Shown here: one piece after another, positions 25,709 through 38,856 of the stretch | Layout: each line of letters starts with the position of its first letter | Numbering within the stretch: position 1 is the first letter of the stretch | Origin: Chiloscyllium plagiosum | Taxonomy: Eukaryota | Length of the DNA: 64,000 nucleotides | NCBI RefSeq assembly: GCF_004010195.1 | Contig: NC_057720.1 | Span: 26,672,890 to 26,736,889, forward strand | Reading direction: 5' to 3' | Made by a program: the position numbers and the translations under genes | The notes under the pieces: generated by a model | The model's input: only the letters and a program-made list of their open reading frames with translations | Database searches by the model: none | Told to the model about the DNA's origin: nothing

Positions 25709-25885
25709 TGATTCGGAGATGCTGGTGTTGGACTGGGGTGTACAAAGTTAAAAATCACACAACACCAGGTTATAGTCCAACAGGTTTAATTGGAAGCACA
25801 CTAGCTTTTGGAGCGACGCTCCTTCATCAGGTGATTGTGGAGGGCTCGATCGTAACATAGAATTTATAGCAAAAATTTGCAGTGA
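25709..25885 (-). mobile_element. Penelope-like end, family B, with HHR core
   Basis: Minus strand: CTGATGA aggagc gtc gctcc AAAA gcta (G to A change at a CpG); terminus cagtccaacaccagcatctcc. Confidence 0.75.
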
Positions 25886-25889
25886 TGGA

Positions 25890-26425
25890 AAGAGAATAAA
25901 AAGGGGGCAATAGGCTCATTAGTCTAGCCTTAGTGGTACGGACAATGATAGAATCTATTAAAAGGGATGTGGTAACAGAATATTTACAAAATCATAATGG
26001 TTTAGAAGGATCAACAAGATTTTAAGAAAGGGAGATGATTGTTTTTGAGATTGTAATCAGCAGGTTTGATACCGGGAATTACTGTATTTTGATTTGTTAA
26101 AAGTTAGATGCTACACAAGTTGTTATACGCTTTATGGCATTTGGGCTAATACATTATTTTGGATTGAGGACTGGCTTATGGATGGAAAACAATGAATAAA
26201 TAGGTCATTTTGGGGGATTGGCAGGTCGTTTCTAGACTGGTTCAAGGTGATTTAAAAATGAAATTGGATCGAGTAGACTGGGTTTACGTTCTGTGAAATG
26301 AAAGGTTATCTCTATGCCTTATGAAATTCTTAAGGGATTTGATGAGATAAATGCTAGGAGAATGTATCTTTGAACTGGGCATTCTAGAATTTGAAAGACC
26401 ACATTTGAATATGGGGTCAGACATT
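25890..26425 (+). mobile_element. Highly decayed CR1 fragment
   Basis: Remnants such as tggattgaggactggctt and gaaattcttaagggatttgatgagataaatgctaggagaatgt. Confidence 0.5.
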
Positions 26426-26427
26426 TA

Positions 26428-26632
26428 ATTGTTGTGCGGTGCCCATTCATCCGTTGTCGTAGCCTTGGTCAGTTTCCCCAATGTACCATGCCTCTGGGCA
26501 TCCCTGCCTGCAACGTATAAGATAGACAATGTTGGCTGAGTCACATGAGTACCTGCCATGTACACGGTGGGAGGTGTTCCCACGCGTAATAGTGGTATCT
26601 ATGTCCACAATCTGACACGTTTTGCAGTGTCG
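26428..26632 (-). mobile_element. Penelope-like GIY-YIG endonuclease fragment
   Basis: CKTCQIV…GRYSCDSANIVYLIRCRQGCPEAWYIGET, then RQRMNGHRTT after a frameshift. Confidence 0.9.
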
Positions 26633-28206
26633 CTGCAAAACGGTGGACCTTTCCATAATCTGCCCACATAGTCGTTCCTCAATGTCTCGGTGGCTGTTTG
26701 TGGGTGTATAATCCTGTCAGAGTGATTGCATCCATTTTACTTTTGAGCTCTACCCACATTGCCTCAGTGGATGACCCCTCCAGTATGTCCTCTCGAGTAC
26801 CTTCCTCTCTACCTCGGCTAAAACAACAAAACCCTGGAATGTTGAGCAGCTAATCCGGTCTCTCTCTCTCAATTGAGTCTCTGTAATGACCACAACATCG
26901 CAGTCCCATTTCGTGATCCAGGCTTTACGCTCATCTGCCTTACCTATAATACTCCTTGCGTTGAAATAAGCACATTTCAGCCTATTAGTATTATCGTGTT
27001 CATTTACTTGTTTCTGCCTGTCCTTTCTTTCTGATTTACTGATCTTAACATCTACCTTCCCCTCAATCCCTCCAGTTGCTTACCTGCTGCTCTGCTCCCA
27101 GCCCACTAGCACTCTAGTTTAAACCCTCCCAAGTAGCACTAGTGAACCTCCCTGTGAGAATATTAGTTGCCCTCCAGTTTAAGTGCAACCCATCCATCTT
27201 GTACAAGGCACCTCTCCTCCAGAAGAGATTCCAATGATCCAAGAACCTAAAACCTTGTTCCCTGCACCAGCTCCTTTGCCATACATCCATCTGTCCTATC
27301 TTTCTATTCCTTGCCTCACAAACATGTGGCACTGGTAGTAAACCATCGATTACTACCCTCAAGGTCCTACTCTTCGGCCTCTTTCCTAACTCCCTGTACT
27401 CACTCTGCAGGACCTCATCCCTCTTTCTAACTATGTTGTTGGTAACAACATGCACCAAGACCTCTGACTACTCACCCTCCCCTTGAAGAATTTTGTGCAA
27501 CCGCTCAGAGACATCCTTGACCCTGGCACCAGGGAGACAACACACCATCCTGGAGCCACAGAAATGCCTGCCTGTGCCCCAAACTGGCAAGTCTCTGACC
27601 ACTATCGCTCACTTGGATCTTCTCAACCCTGTTCTACAGCAGGGCCAGTTGTGGTGCCACAGGCCTGGGTGCTGCTGTTATACTCCCCTGACAGGCTATT
27701 CCCCCCACCCCCTCCCCCCAACAGTATCCCAAATGGTAGAGAGGGGAATAGCCATAGGAGACTCCTGCACCAGCTGCCTGCTCCTCCTAGCAGTTACCCA
27801 TCTACCTGACTGAACCTGTGGTGTGACCATCTCACTGTAACACTCTCCACCCTCTGCATGCTCCTCAGTGTGTCCAACTGCCGTTCCAGCCGAACTACGC
27901 GGTCTATGAGGAGCTGCAGCCAGTCACACTTCCTGCAGATGAACACGTCAGGGACACCAGACTGCTCCCACATCTGGCAGGAGAAGCATACCACTGCTGT
28001 TCCTGCAATTTAATTTTATTCTGCATCATTGTAAGAAGTAAGTTATCCAAAAGCTTTTGGTTTCTGTAGGCTCCACGTAATCAGTCATCCTCCCATTATT
28101 GTCCCTCCTACGTTCCCATTTTTCCGTATTTTCTCTCATCTTTATTTATCTGAAATTCTTTTCTTTTATCGTTGAAAATATATATTCATCTTATTTGTGG
28201 CAAGAT

Positions 28207-28543
28207 GGGTGGCATAGTGGTTCAGTGGTTAGTACAACTAACCACTGAACTCACAACGCCAGGGCCCCAGGTTCGGCTGACTGACTCTCTGGAGTTTGCA
28301 CAATCTCTTTGTGTCCGCATGGGTTTTCTATGAATGCTCTGGTTTTCTCCCAAGGTCTAAAGATGCGCAGGTTAGATGGGTTGGCCATGGTGAATTGCCT
28401 GTAGTGTCCAGTGATGTGCAGGCTAGGTTGATTAGAAATGGGAAAAGCAGGGTTACAGAGATGACGTAGACCTGCCTTCAGAGGTTCAGTATGGACTCAA
28501 TGGTCCGAATGGCCTGTTTCCACATGGAAGGAATTCTATGATC
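28207..28543 (+). mobile_element. HE1-type SINE (older)
   Basis: Head gggtggcatagtggttcagtgg, HE1 core, tail ggcctgtttccacatgg…attctatgat. Confidence 0.85.
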
Positions 28544-29724
28544 ATCTTTTGCTGTACACACTTTCTCTCTCTTTCCAGATAATTCTTATTGAGAATGGTC
28601 CAAATTAATATCAACTTCACTTAAACTACACTGAATGATAGCAATCAATAGACATTTTTGTCATCAATTCAACATCAGATATAGGGGACTACGATGTATA
28701 TTTTAATAATTTTTTTTGACATAGTAATTCAAGAGCCATGTGCTTCTACTCTCAATAAAAATTGAATTAAATATTCTTTTAAATTGATTATCACATATCA
28801 AGAAAGTTACTACTGAAATTTTCTCAACCTGCCAGTCTTTTTAAAGTAAGGAGTATCGCTCAGAAAATAATTCAATAACATCCTGTATAAATGCCTATGA
28901 TCGAAATTTATGGACATGGCCTTCTGTGTCTTGGATTCCTCTGTTCACTGAATGAATAATTCATGATCTTTCTGGAAACTTCTTTCCAGGAAAAGGATGC
29001 AATTGGAAAGAAAACTAAGACTGACTATTGTTACCAATGGTGATGCTCTAATCTGAAGACTTCTGTGTTGATGTTTGCTTTGTTCAAGAATTCAATTAGT
29101 CATTTCAATAAAGTTCCAAACCTTTTCCAATTCACTGATTACTTGTCTGATTTCTTGAAAAAACACATTTGTGTCCATATCTGCATGCAATGGCTGGAAA
29201 CATTCATTTTTCATTTTTTGAAGGACTGCTGTTAAGTGTATGCCTGTATTTACAAACATTAAAAATGGGAGCACAAGTAGGCCATTTGACCCCTCTAGCC
29301 TGTTCCTTTCCCTCAATACTATTGGCTTTGCTTGTCTGACTCAAAGAGCAAATCATAGTGGCACCAGGATCTGATTTAATCTATCATATATAAATCTGTG
29401 ATCCAATGGACCACAAAACAAGATGTCTGACTTCTTGCCTCGGTCCATAATGGTCCTGACAGTGTATTGAGACCCTTTAGAAACCTGTGCCATGTGCATA
29501 ATTTTGACTTTAAAACATGCCTACATTGAAATGAAAGTTATTGTTATGCAAGCTAATCTCTCCTGCTTCTCACCATTGCTCAGATCTTAACTTTTGTTCC
29601 AATTTCCCTTCCCTGTTTTTACATTTGTTTGAAACCTGTTCTAATTTGTACCACATCAAAGGTTCTCTCTCCACAGATGTTGCTGGACCTACTGGGTATT
29701 ACCAGCTCTTTCAGTTTTGATTTC

Positions 29725-29951
29725 TGAAATAAATGCACCAAGGCCATTGTCCCATCACCTAATCACCCTTTTATTTACCAGTACACAGTACACAGGCTCT
29801 AATTAGCCAGCTCAAGGCCTAGAATGAGGAGATTTTCTGAATCACTGTTCACATCTGTCAGTCAGGCCTCCACGATTGATGCAGGTTAATAACCCCAATC
29901 AAGGATCTTATATTCAATAAGATCCCCCTGGCCCTCCTCCTAATCACTACG
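29725..29951 (-). mobile_element. Short solo-LTR candidate inserted in a PLE end
   Basis: Flanked by atttc (29720-29724) and atttc (29952-29956); the minus strand ends in …CA and carries aataaa; the host PLE-end sequence resumes on both sides (29660-29724, 29952-29985). Confidence 0.55.
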
Positions 29952-30699
29952 ATTTCAGATTGCCAACATCTGCAATATTCTGGTTATATATTAACGTTCT
30001 TGCTCATTGTTCAGGCGCAATTAACCTCCGCCTGAAAACAATCGTCCCGGTTTATGTTAACAGAGGGAGTTTGAACAGGATTTCTGAACTGAAAAATAAA
30101 TAAAAGTTAAAATGATGTGACAGTCTACAATCAAATAAGAAACTAATGACCTGAGTGTCATGTGAATTTGACCTGATAGTGTTGTATTACTTAGAGAGAA
30201 GTGCTGTTGAATTAGGCAGCATTAGATGAAAGAGCAGTGATAAAGTGCAACATTATTGTTTCGATCACATACTCATTAAGTGACCATATGCAATGTGAAG
30301 CTTGGTGAGAGTGAAAATATCAATTTACAACATGGACGTTTGCTGAATTTAATTCTTGGTCATATGGCTTCACAACAGATTGCTATATACCTAAATGTTA
30401 CAAAGAATTAATGTTTGATTGACTCTTTTTCTGCTGTTTCTATTAATGGCTGCTTAACAATTTCAATAACACAGAATTTTACAGCACAGAAACAGGCCAC
30501 TCATCCCAAATCGTCCATATCTGTCCCACTTCACTTCCACTCACCCTGTCAACCTATCATTTCCTTACTCCTTTGCATACTTAAATAGCTGCTCCTTAGC
30601 AGTAATTTTCACATTCTCACTGCTTGCTCAGTAGTGAAGCTTCTACAAGTGTGATATATTTGTAATTATTTTCTATTTACCACCACACACACATGTGAA

Positions 30700-31130
30700 A
30701 ATACGAACAGGAGTAGGCCATCAGCCTGTTGAGACTGCTGTGCCGTTTAATATGATGTGGTGTGTTGGTGTTGGACTGGGTTGGACAAGGTCACGACACC
30801 AGGTTATAGTCCAACAGGGTTATTTGAAAACACAAGATTTCAGAGCCTCGCTCCTTCTTCAGGTGTTAATATGATCATGGCTGATTGAAAACTTCAATGC
30901 CTTTTATCCACACTATCCACCATAACCCTTTACATTATTGGTAATCAGAAATCTACCAATCTCTACCATAAACATATTCAAAGACTGAGCTTCAATAGCC
31001 ACCTGAGGTACAGAATTCCAAAGATTCACCACCCTTTGTGTAAGTTTTGGTCCTACATTGCATTCCCCTTATTTTTCAAATGTGCACCCTACTTCTAGAT
31101 TTGGGAGAATCTTACCTGCATCCACTATTA
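30700..31130 (-). mobile_element. CR1 3' end (old)
   Basis: aacaggagtaggccatcagcc…cagaattccaaagattcaccaccct. Confidence 0.7.
30757..30865 (-). mobile_element. Single-arm mini-PLE (family B), 10 bp TSD
   Basis: TSD ttaatatgat at 30747-30756 and 30866-30875; minus strand begins cac CTGAAGA aggagc gag gctct GAAA. Confidence 0.8.
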
Positions 31131-31302
31131 TATCATATATTATATTATTACATTACATATCAATTTCACCAGGAAATCCAATAGAGATTCAATAGAAACT
31201 TCTTCACCCGAGTATGATGAGTTTGTAAAACTCATTTCCACAGGGAATGGTTGAAGGATATGGTATCGATACATTTAAAGGGAGGTATCTGAGGAAAAAG
31301 GG

Positions 31303-31626
31303 AATTGATTTGAATTGATTTGAATCCTTGCAGTGTGGAAACAGGCCCTTCGGTCCAGCAAGTCCACACCAACCCTCCAAAGAGTAACCCAACCCACACC
31401 CATTCTCCTACATTTACCCCTAACCTAAACATCCCTTAACACTATGGGCAATTTAGCATGGCCAATTCCCCTAACCTGCACATTTTTGGATTGTGGGCGA
31501 AAATCCATGCAGACACAGGGAGAATATGCAAATTCCATGCAGACAGTCACCCAAGGCTGGAATTGAACCCAGGTCCCTGGCGCTGTGAGGCAGCAGTGCT
31601 AACCACTGAGTCACCATGCTGCCCCA
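31303..31626 (-). mobile_element. HE1-type SINE
   Basis: Reverse complement of the HE1 head, core and tail. Confidence 0.9.
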
Positions 31627-32169
31627 ATTTGATTCAATTTATTTATTGTCATGTGTATCTTGTTACAAAATACAGTGAAAAATGTGAAAGAGTGTTGCCG
31701 CTCTTCCGCGCCATCTTAAAACACAGGAAAATAAACCAAAGCTTAGAATATAAAGGCAGAAAAATGAAGAAATAAAGGAAGTGTCTCATTTTACAGTCCT
31801 TGTTGTTAAGTGCTGTGTCATGGGCCATGGGTCCAGTGACCAGGCACGAGTCCTCTTCACCTCATCATTACCACTGGAGCAAAGGTTGCCCACTCTTCGG
31901 CATCATCTCACCTCCACCGACTAACCAGCACTACCTTAGTTACATACTAAACTACAAACCCAGAATTTACAAAAGGCAGAAATACAGGTTTTAATGATAG
32001 ATCATCTTTCTATCCTCCTTTTCTACAAAAAAAAGGGCTCCAGTTTGTTCAAATCTACCCAGTAGCTGTAGTCTCTCAATTCTGGTATCATCCGTGTAAA
32101 GTATAATATTTTGGACTTTCTCCAATTCTTCTTGTTGAGACCAGAGATTTGCAGTGTATTCTTAGACTA

Positions 32170-32760
32170 ATAGAGTCATAGAGTTGTACAGCATGGAAAT
32201 AGACTCTTCAGTCCAAGTCACCCAGGCCAACCTAAATATATCCAAGATATCCTAAATTAATCTGGCCTCATTTGCCATATCCCTCCAAACCCTTTCTATT
32301 CATGTACCTATTCAGATGCCTTTTAAATGTTGCAATTGTACCAGCCTCCACCACTTCCGCTGGCAGCTCATTCCACACAGAAACGTTGCCTCTTAGGTCC
32401 CTTTCATATCTTTCCCCTCTCAACTTAAACTTATGCACTACAGTTTTGGACTCCCCTAGCCTGGGAAAAAGACCTTGGCTCTTCACCATATTTATGCCCC
32501 TCATGATTTTATAAATCTCTTTAACGTCACCCCCTCAGCCTCCAACACTCCAGGGAAAATATTCTCAGGCTATTCAGTCTCCCTGCATAGCTCAAACCCT
32601 CCAATCCTGGCAACGTCCTTGTAAAACTTCTGCACCCTTTCAAGTTTCACAACAGCTTTCCTATAACAGGGAGACCAGAAATGAATGCAATATTCCAAAA
32701 AATTGCCTCATCAATATCCTGTACAGCCACAACATGATATCCTAACTCTTATACTCAAAA
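32170..32760 (-). mobile_element. CR1/HER1-type 3' fragment
   Basis: ORF 32268..32504 WNELPAEVVEAGTIATFKRHL; agagtcatagag tail. Confidence 0.9.
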
Positions 32761-33269
32761 AGGTTGTTCAAACCAGCTTCAATAAAAATCTGAGATAATT
32801 TGTTTGCTTTTGAATTTAATGCTAACAGCAACCTCCAATACTGTTGAGCAAAACAAGCTTGGGGACATTAATGCACCTGAAAGGAAAAGGATACTGCATT
32901 ACCATACACAGCTCTAGCTGAAGTACCTGCAGTAAATGACTGTAGTTCCCTTGATGTTAATTAGCTTTTTCACAATGCCCTAATGCCCAGTGTACTTGTA
33001 CAATATCCATTCAATGTAAAGAAGAGCACTGAATGAAAATACCCAATGTGCCTATATAGCTTGGCACTCAAAGAGAATGCTTAATGAATTTGAACGCTAT
33101 TTCACAGAGAAATATGCAGGAATTGCTGCATTATTTAATACATTAACCTGTTTGGTTCCATCAGCACTATTTCAAGTCAAACAAATTAATAGCTCAATCC
33201 ATCAAAGTGGTACAAAGCTTGACCAGTCCAACTCCACAAAACCTAAGAAGCCAAATCGCAAACAAAGTT

Positions 33270-34795
33270 CTAGAACATAGAACAATACAGCGCAGAACAG
33301 GCCCTTCGGCCCTCGATGTTGCGCCGACCGGTGAACTATTCTCAGCTCGTCCCCTACACTATCCAATCATCATCCATGTGCTTATCTTAGGATTGTTTAA
33401 ATTTCCCTAATGTGGCTGAGTTGACTACATTAGCAGGTAGGGCATTCCATGCCCTTACCACTCACTGCGTAAAGAATCTGCCTCTGACATCTGTCTTAAA
33501 TCTATCATCCCTCAATTTGTAGTTATGCCCCCTCGTACAAGCTGACACCATGTTGACTTAGGAAAAAGACTTTCACTGTCTACCCTATCTAATCCTCTGA
33601 TCATCTTGTATGTCTCTATCAAATCCCCTCTTAGCCTTCTTCTTTCCAATAAGAACACATCCAAGTCTCTCAGCCTTTCCTCCAGAGCAGGCAACATCCT
33701 GGTAAATCTCCTCTGCACCTTTTCCAATGCTTCCACAGCTTTCCCGAAATATGGGAACCAGAACTGTACACAATATTCCAAGTCCTTTAGCATTTTGTAT
33801 AGTTGCAGCATGATATTACGGCTCTGGAACTCAATCCCTCTACGAATGAAACCTAGCCTCAGGCGACTGTCTGTATGGAGTTTGCACATTCTCCCCGTGT
33901 CTGCGTGGGTTTCCTCCAGGTGCTCCGGTTTCCTCCCACAATCCAAAAATGTGCAGGTTAGGTGATTTGGCCATGCAAAATTCCCGTAGTGTTAGGTGAA
34001 GGGGTAAATGAATGGGTCTGGGTGGGTTGCTCTTTGGAGGGTCGGTGTGGACTTGTTGGGCCAAAGGGCCTGTTTCCACACTGTAAGTAATCTAATCTAA
34101 TCTAACACACCGTATGCCTTCTTAACAGCACTATCCACCTGGGTGGCAACTTTCAGGGATCTATGTACATGGACTCCAAGATCCCTCTGCACATCCACAC
34201 TACCAAGAATCTTTCTGTTGACCCAGTACTCTGCCTTCCTGTTATTCTTCCCAAAGTGCATCACCTCACACTTAGTTGCATTGAACTCCATTTGCCACCT
34301 CTCAGTCCAATCCTGCAGTTTAGCCAAGTCCCCCTGCAACCTGTAACATTCTTCCAAACTGTTCAGTACTCCACCGACTTTGGTATCGTCTGCAAATTTA
34401 CTAATCCATCCACATATGCCTGCATCTAAGTCATTTATAAAAATGACAAACAGAAATAGTCCCAAAACAGCTCCTTGTGGCACACCACTAGTAACCGTAC
34501 TCCAAGCTGAATATTTTCCATCAACCACCACTCGCTGCCTTCTTTCAGAAAGCCAGTTTCTAATCCAAACTGCCAAATCACCCTCAATTCTTTTTCTCTG
34601 CATTTTCTCCAACAGTCTACCATGTGGAACCTTATCAAAGGCTTTACTGAAGACCATGTACATCATGTCAACTGCCCTAACCTCATCTACATGCTTGGTC
34701 ACCTTCTCAAAAAACTCAATGACGTTTGTGAGACATGACCTGCCCTTGACAAATCCATGTTGACACTCTGAAATCAAATTGTTGCTTGCTAGATA
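33270..34795 (-). mobile_element. CR1 LINE (TTCTATG family), RT domain
   Basis: ORF 34097..34777 QHGFVKGRSCLTN…FSKAFDKVPH…GVPQGAVLG…KFADDTK. Confidence 0.95.
33855..34103 (+). mobile_element. 5'-truncated HE1 SINE nested in CR1
   Basis: HE1 core plus (taatc)n tail; CR1 sequence resumes after it. Confidence 0.9.
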
Positions 34796-34869
34796 ATTAA
34801 GATTTTCAGGAAGTAAGATAGCATCTTCAAATCTAAAAGAAAAGTTTTATTCATTAATTACAGATTACT

Positions 34870-35772
34870 CCAAAATTAGACGTGAAGTGGACAGCGAAGA
34901 AGGTTACCTCAGATTAGAACGGGATCTTGATCAGATGGGCCAATGGGCTGATGACTGGCCAATGGAGTTTAATTTAAATAAGTGCAAGGTGCTGCATTTT
35001 GGGAAAGCAAACCTTAGCAGGACTTATACACTTCATGATAAGGTCCTGGAGACTGTTTCTGAACAAAGAGACATTGGAGTGCAGGTTCATATTTCCTTGG
35101 AAGTGGAGTTGCAGGTAGATAGGATAGTGAAGAAGGCATTTAGTGTGCTCTCCTTTATTGGTCAGAATATTGAGTACAGGGGTTGGGAGGTCATGTTGTT
35201 GCTGTACAGGACATTGGTTAGGCAACTTTTTGAATGCAATTCTGGCTTCCTTCCTATCAAAAGGATGTTGTGAAACTTGGAAAGGTTTAGAAAAGATTTG
35301 CAAGGATGTTGCCAGGGTTTGAAGATTTGAGCTATAGGGAGAGGTTGAATCGGCTTGGGCAGTTTTCCCTGGAGTGTCAGAGGCTGAGAGGTGACCTTAT
35401 AGAGGTTTATAAAATCATGAGGGACATGGATAGGGTAAATAGACAAGGTCTTTTCCCTGGGGCGGGGGAGTCCAGAACTAAAGGGCATAGGTTTAGGGTG
35501 AGAGAGGAAAGCTATAAAAGGGACCTAAGGGGCAACTTCTTCATGCAGAGAGTGGTGCGTGTGTGGAATGGGCTGCCAGATGAAGTGGTGGAGGCTAGTA
35601 CAATTACAACATTTAAAAGGCATCTGGCTGAATACAGGAATAGGAAGGGTTTGGAAAGATATAGGCCAGGTGCTGGCAGGTGGGATCAGATTAGGTTGGG
35701 ATGTCTGGTTGGCATGGATGAGTTGGACCAAAGGGTCTGTTTTCATGCTGTACATCTCTATGACTCTATGAC
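34870..35772 (+). mobile_element. CR1/HER1-type LINE 3' fragment
   Basis: ORFs 34887..35273 and 35306..35797; tail ctatgactctatgact. Confidence 0.95.
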
Positions 35773-35808
35773 TTCAGTTGCTTCAGTCCTAGCATAGTCA
35801 GAATTGTG

Positions 35809-36014
35809 TCAAGAGTGTGATGCTGGAAAAGCACAACAGTCAGGTAGCATCCAAGGAGCAGGAGAATCGATGTTTTGGGAATAAGTCCTTCATCAGGAAT
35901 GGCTTTTGCCTGGAATGTCAATTCTCTTGCTCCTTGGATGCTGCCTGACTCTCTGTGCTTTTCCATCACTACACTCTTGACTCTGATCTCCAGCATCTGC
36001 AGTCCTCACTTTCT
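35809..36014. mobile_element. Palindromic mini-PLE (family A), 16 bp TSD
   Basis: TSD catagtcagaattgtg (35793-35808) / catagttagaattgtg (36015-36030). Confidence 0.9.
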
Positions 36015-36266
36015 CATAGTTAGAATTGTGGAATAGCACAATGTGAGGATAGGCATATACCCAGCCAGTTAGGCTGGCATCCAGCCTACTCTGTCCATTT
36101 ATCCATACAACCTTTCTCCTTTGAGTATTAATCAAACTTAATTATGAATACTACAATTGTTTCTGATTCTTCCACTCCAACACACAATGCATTCAAAATC
36201 TTATTGCATAAAAACATTTTTCTCCCTGTCATCTCTAACATCTTATCAATCACTTCAAACGTCTCC

Positions 36267-36995
36267 ATAGAGTCATAGAGATGTACAGCATGGAAATAGA
36301 CCCTTCAGTCCATGCCAACAAGATATCCCAACCCAATCTAGTCCCACCTGCCAGCACCTGGCCCATATCCCTCCAAACCCTTCCTATTCATATACCCACC
36401 TAAATGCCTCTTAAATGTTACAATTGTACCAGCCTCCACCACATCCTCAACGACTCATTCCATACACGAACCACCCTCTGCATGAAAAAGTTGTCCCTTA
36501 GGTCTCTTTTATATCGTTCCCCTCTCACCCTAAACCTATGCCCTCTAGTTCTGGACTCCCCGACCCCAGGGAAAAGACTTTGTCTATTTATCCTATCCAT
36601 ACCCTCAATTTTGTAAACCACTATAAGGTCACCCCTCAGCCTCCGACGCTCCAGGGAAAACAGCCCCAGCCTGTTCAGCCTCTCCCTATAGCTCAGATCC
36701 TCCAACCCTGGCAACATCCTTGTAAATCTTTACTGAACCCTTTCAAGTTTCACAACATCCTTTTGATAGGAAGCAGACCAGAATTGCATGCAATATTCCA
36801 ACAGTGGCCTAACCAATGTCCTGTACAGCTGCAACATGACCTCCCAACTCCTGTACTCAATACTCTGACCAATAAAGGAAAGCATACCAAAAGCCTTCCT
36901 CACTATCTTATCTACCTGCGAATCCACTTTCAAGGAACTATGAACCTGCACATCAAGATCTCTTTGTTCAGCAACACTCCATAGGATCTTACCAT
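36267..36995 (-). mobile_element. CR1/HER1-type LINE 3' fragment
   Basis: ORFs 36418..36717 and 36730..36951. Confidence 0.95.
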
Positions 36996-37299
36996 GCTGC
37001 CTGACCCCAACTTAAATATAATGTTCAATACCACAGCTGCAGCCAAACAAATGTCTTTGTTTCCCTTTTTAGTTTTCTTATTTTTTCACACAATGTCCAC
37101 AGTTATTGTCTATTCCTAATTACCCTTGCCAAAGTGATGGTGAGTTGCCATCATGAACCACCGCAGTCCCCGGGGTGTAGTGACATTAACAGTGCCATTA
37201 GAAATGGAGTTCCAGGATTTTGACCCAGGTACAACAAAGGAATGATGATATAGTTCTCAGTCAGGATGGTGTGTGGCTTGGTCAGGAACTTGCAAGTGG

Positions 37300-37598
37300 A
37301 TGGCACGGTGGCACAGCGGTTAGCACTGCTGCCTCACAGCGCCAGAGACCTGAGTTCAATTCCCGCCTCAGGCACTGTCTGTGTGGGGTTTGCACATTCT
37401 CCCCGTGTCTGCGTGGGTTTCCTCTGGTTTCCTCCCACAGTCCAAAAATGTGCAGGTTAGGTGAATTGGCCATGCTAAATTGCCCATAGTGTTAGGTGAA
37501 GGGGTAAATGAATGGGTCTGGGTGGGTTGCTCTTCAGAGGGTCAGTGTGGACTTGTTGGGCCGAAGGGCCTGTTTCCACACTGTAAGCAATCTAATCT
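37300..37598 (+). mobile_element. HE1 SINE nested in a decayed LINE
   Basis: Full head, core and tail. Confidence 0.9.
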
Positions 37599-37695
37599 GC
37601 TGGTTTTGCCATGCTTTTATCCTTCTTAGTAATAGATCTTGTTAGTTTGGAAGGCATTCTCGAAAGAACTTTGTGGAGTTGCTGCAGTGCATTAT

Positions 37696-37779
37696 AAACA
37701 AGCAGGAGGCTGGAGGAACACAGCAAGCCAGGCAGCATCAGAGGGTGGAGAAATTGACATCTTAGGTATAACCGGTCTT
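37696..37779 (-). mobile_element. Single-arm mini-PLE (family C), 11 bp TSD
   Basis: TSD cagtgcattat at 37685-37695 and 37780-37790; caggcagcatc motif shared with family A; the junction falls at tcttcag (= CTGAAGA on the minus strand). Confidence 0.7.
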
Positions 37780-38732
37780 CAGTGCATTATGTCAATGGTA
37801 TACATTGCTACTACCCTCTGACAGTGATGCAAGGAGACTATGTTGAAGGTGATGGATGGAATATATAAGGGACCTCTTTGGATTATTAACTGAAATGGAA
37901 GTTGGACACTATAGTGTGAGCAAAAATACCAGGAAGTATTTGCAACTTGGAAAAAGCGAGTGGTGCACATTTTCTTCTGTGCAAAACAACATTACTTTTC
38001 AAAGTGGTAGACAGGATAATTTTGAACTGAGAGACACAGAGTCTTTGAGTGAAGGAAGGATTGCCCAAAGATAACTCTTGGACTAGTTTAGCTGCAGTTT
38101 ATTAGCAATTTCTAAGTACAGGGCAGCCAATTCAAATATAATTGTAGGCTGTGGGGTTTTGGATTACTAGTCCAGTAACATTACCACTATGCCACAGTAT
38201 CCCCAACCCCTATATATGGAACTCTTCACTTATCAGTCAGAGCCTGGATGTTGTTTAGGTCTTGGTGCATTTGGACATGGACTGTTTCAGTATCTGAGGA
38301 GTTGCACATGGTGCTGAACATTGTGCAATCATCATTGACCATACCCACTTCTGCCATCAGAATGGAGATAAGGGCCATGTGAAAATGATTGACCCTGGGA
38401 CACTAGCCTGGGGAACTCAGTGATATCCTGTGACTGAGATGATCCAGCTCCAATAACAACAACCGTCTTCCTTTGTGCTAGTTAAAATTCTGATCAATAG
38501 AGAGATATCTTCCTGCTTTCCACGGCCTCCAGTTTTGTTAGAGCTTCTTATTACCACTCTTGTAGTCAAGGGTATTCTCTCTCAACATGCCTCAGCTCTT
38601 TTGTCCATGTTTCAACCAAGGATCTAATGAGGGCAGAAGCCAAAGGCCCTAATGGAACCCAAAGGGACTGATTGAGTGTCACTTGAGAACATTGTCAATG
38701 ATATCTTCCATCATTTGAGCGACAATTGGATA

Positions 38733-38856
38733 GGCACATGGCTAATAGTAAAATGAAGGGTATGTAGGTTAGTTCGACCTTAGAGTAGGATAAAAGGTGG
38801 GCACAATATCAAGGACTGAAGGGCCTGTACTGTGCTGTGCTGTTCTATGTTCTATG
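38733..38856 (+). mobile_element. CR1 3' tail (TTCTATG family)
   Basis: gaagggcctgtactgtgctgtgctgttctatgttctatg. Confidence 0.8.

Larger units (their letters stand above)
23420..28010 (-). mobile_element. Long CR1 LINE with ORF1 (zinc-finger/zipper plus SGNH esterase-like) and ORF2 remnants, carrying nested insertions
   Basis: 27794..27994 CFSCQMWE…FICRKC…LQLLIDRVVRLERQLD; 27114..27458 HVVTNNIVRK…FRFLDHWNLFW…DGLHLN; 24732..25166 KSPGPNGIYPR…NYRPVSLTSV; RT end 23776..24147. Confidence 0.9.
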
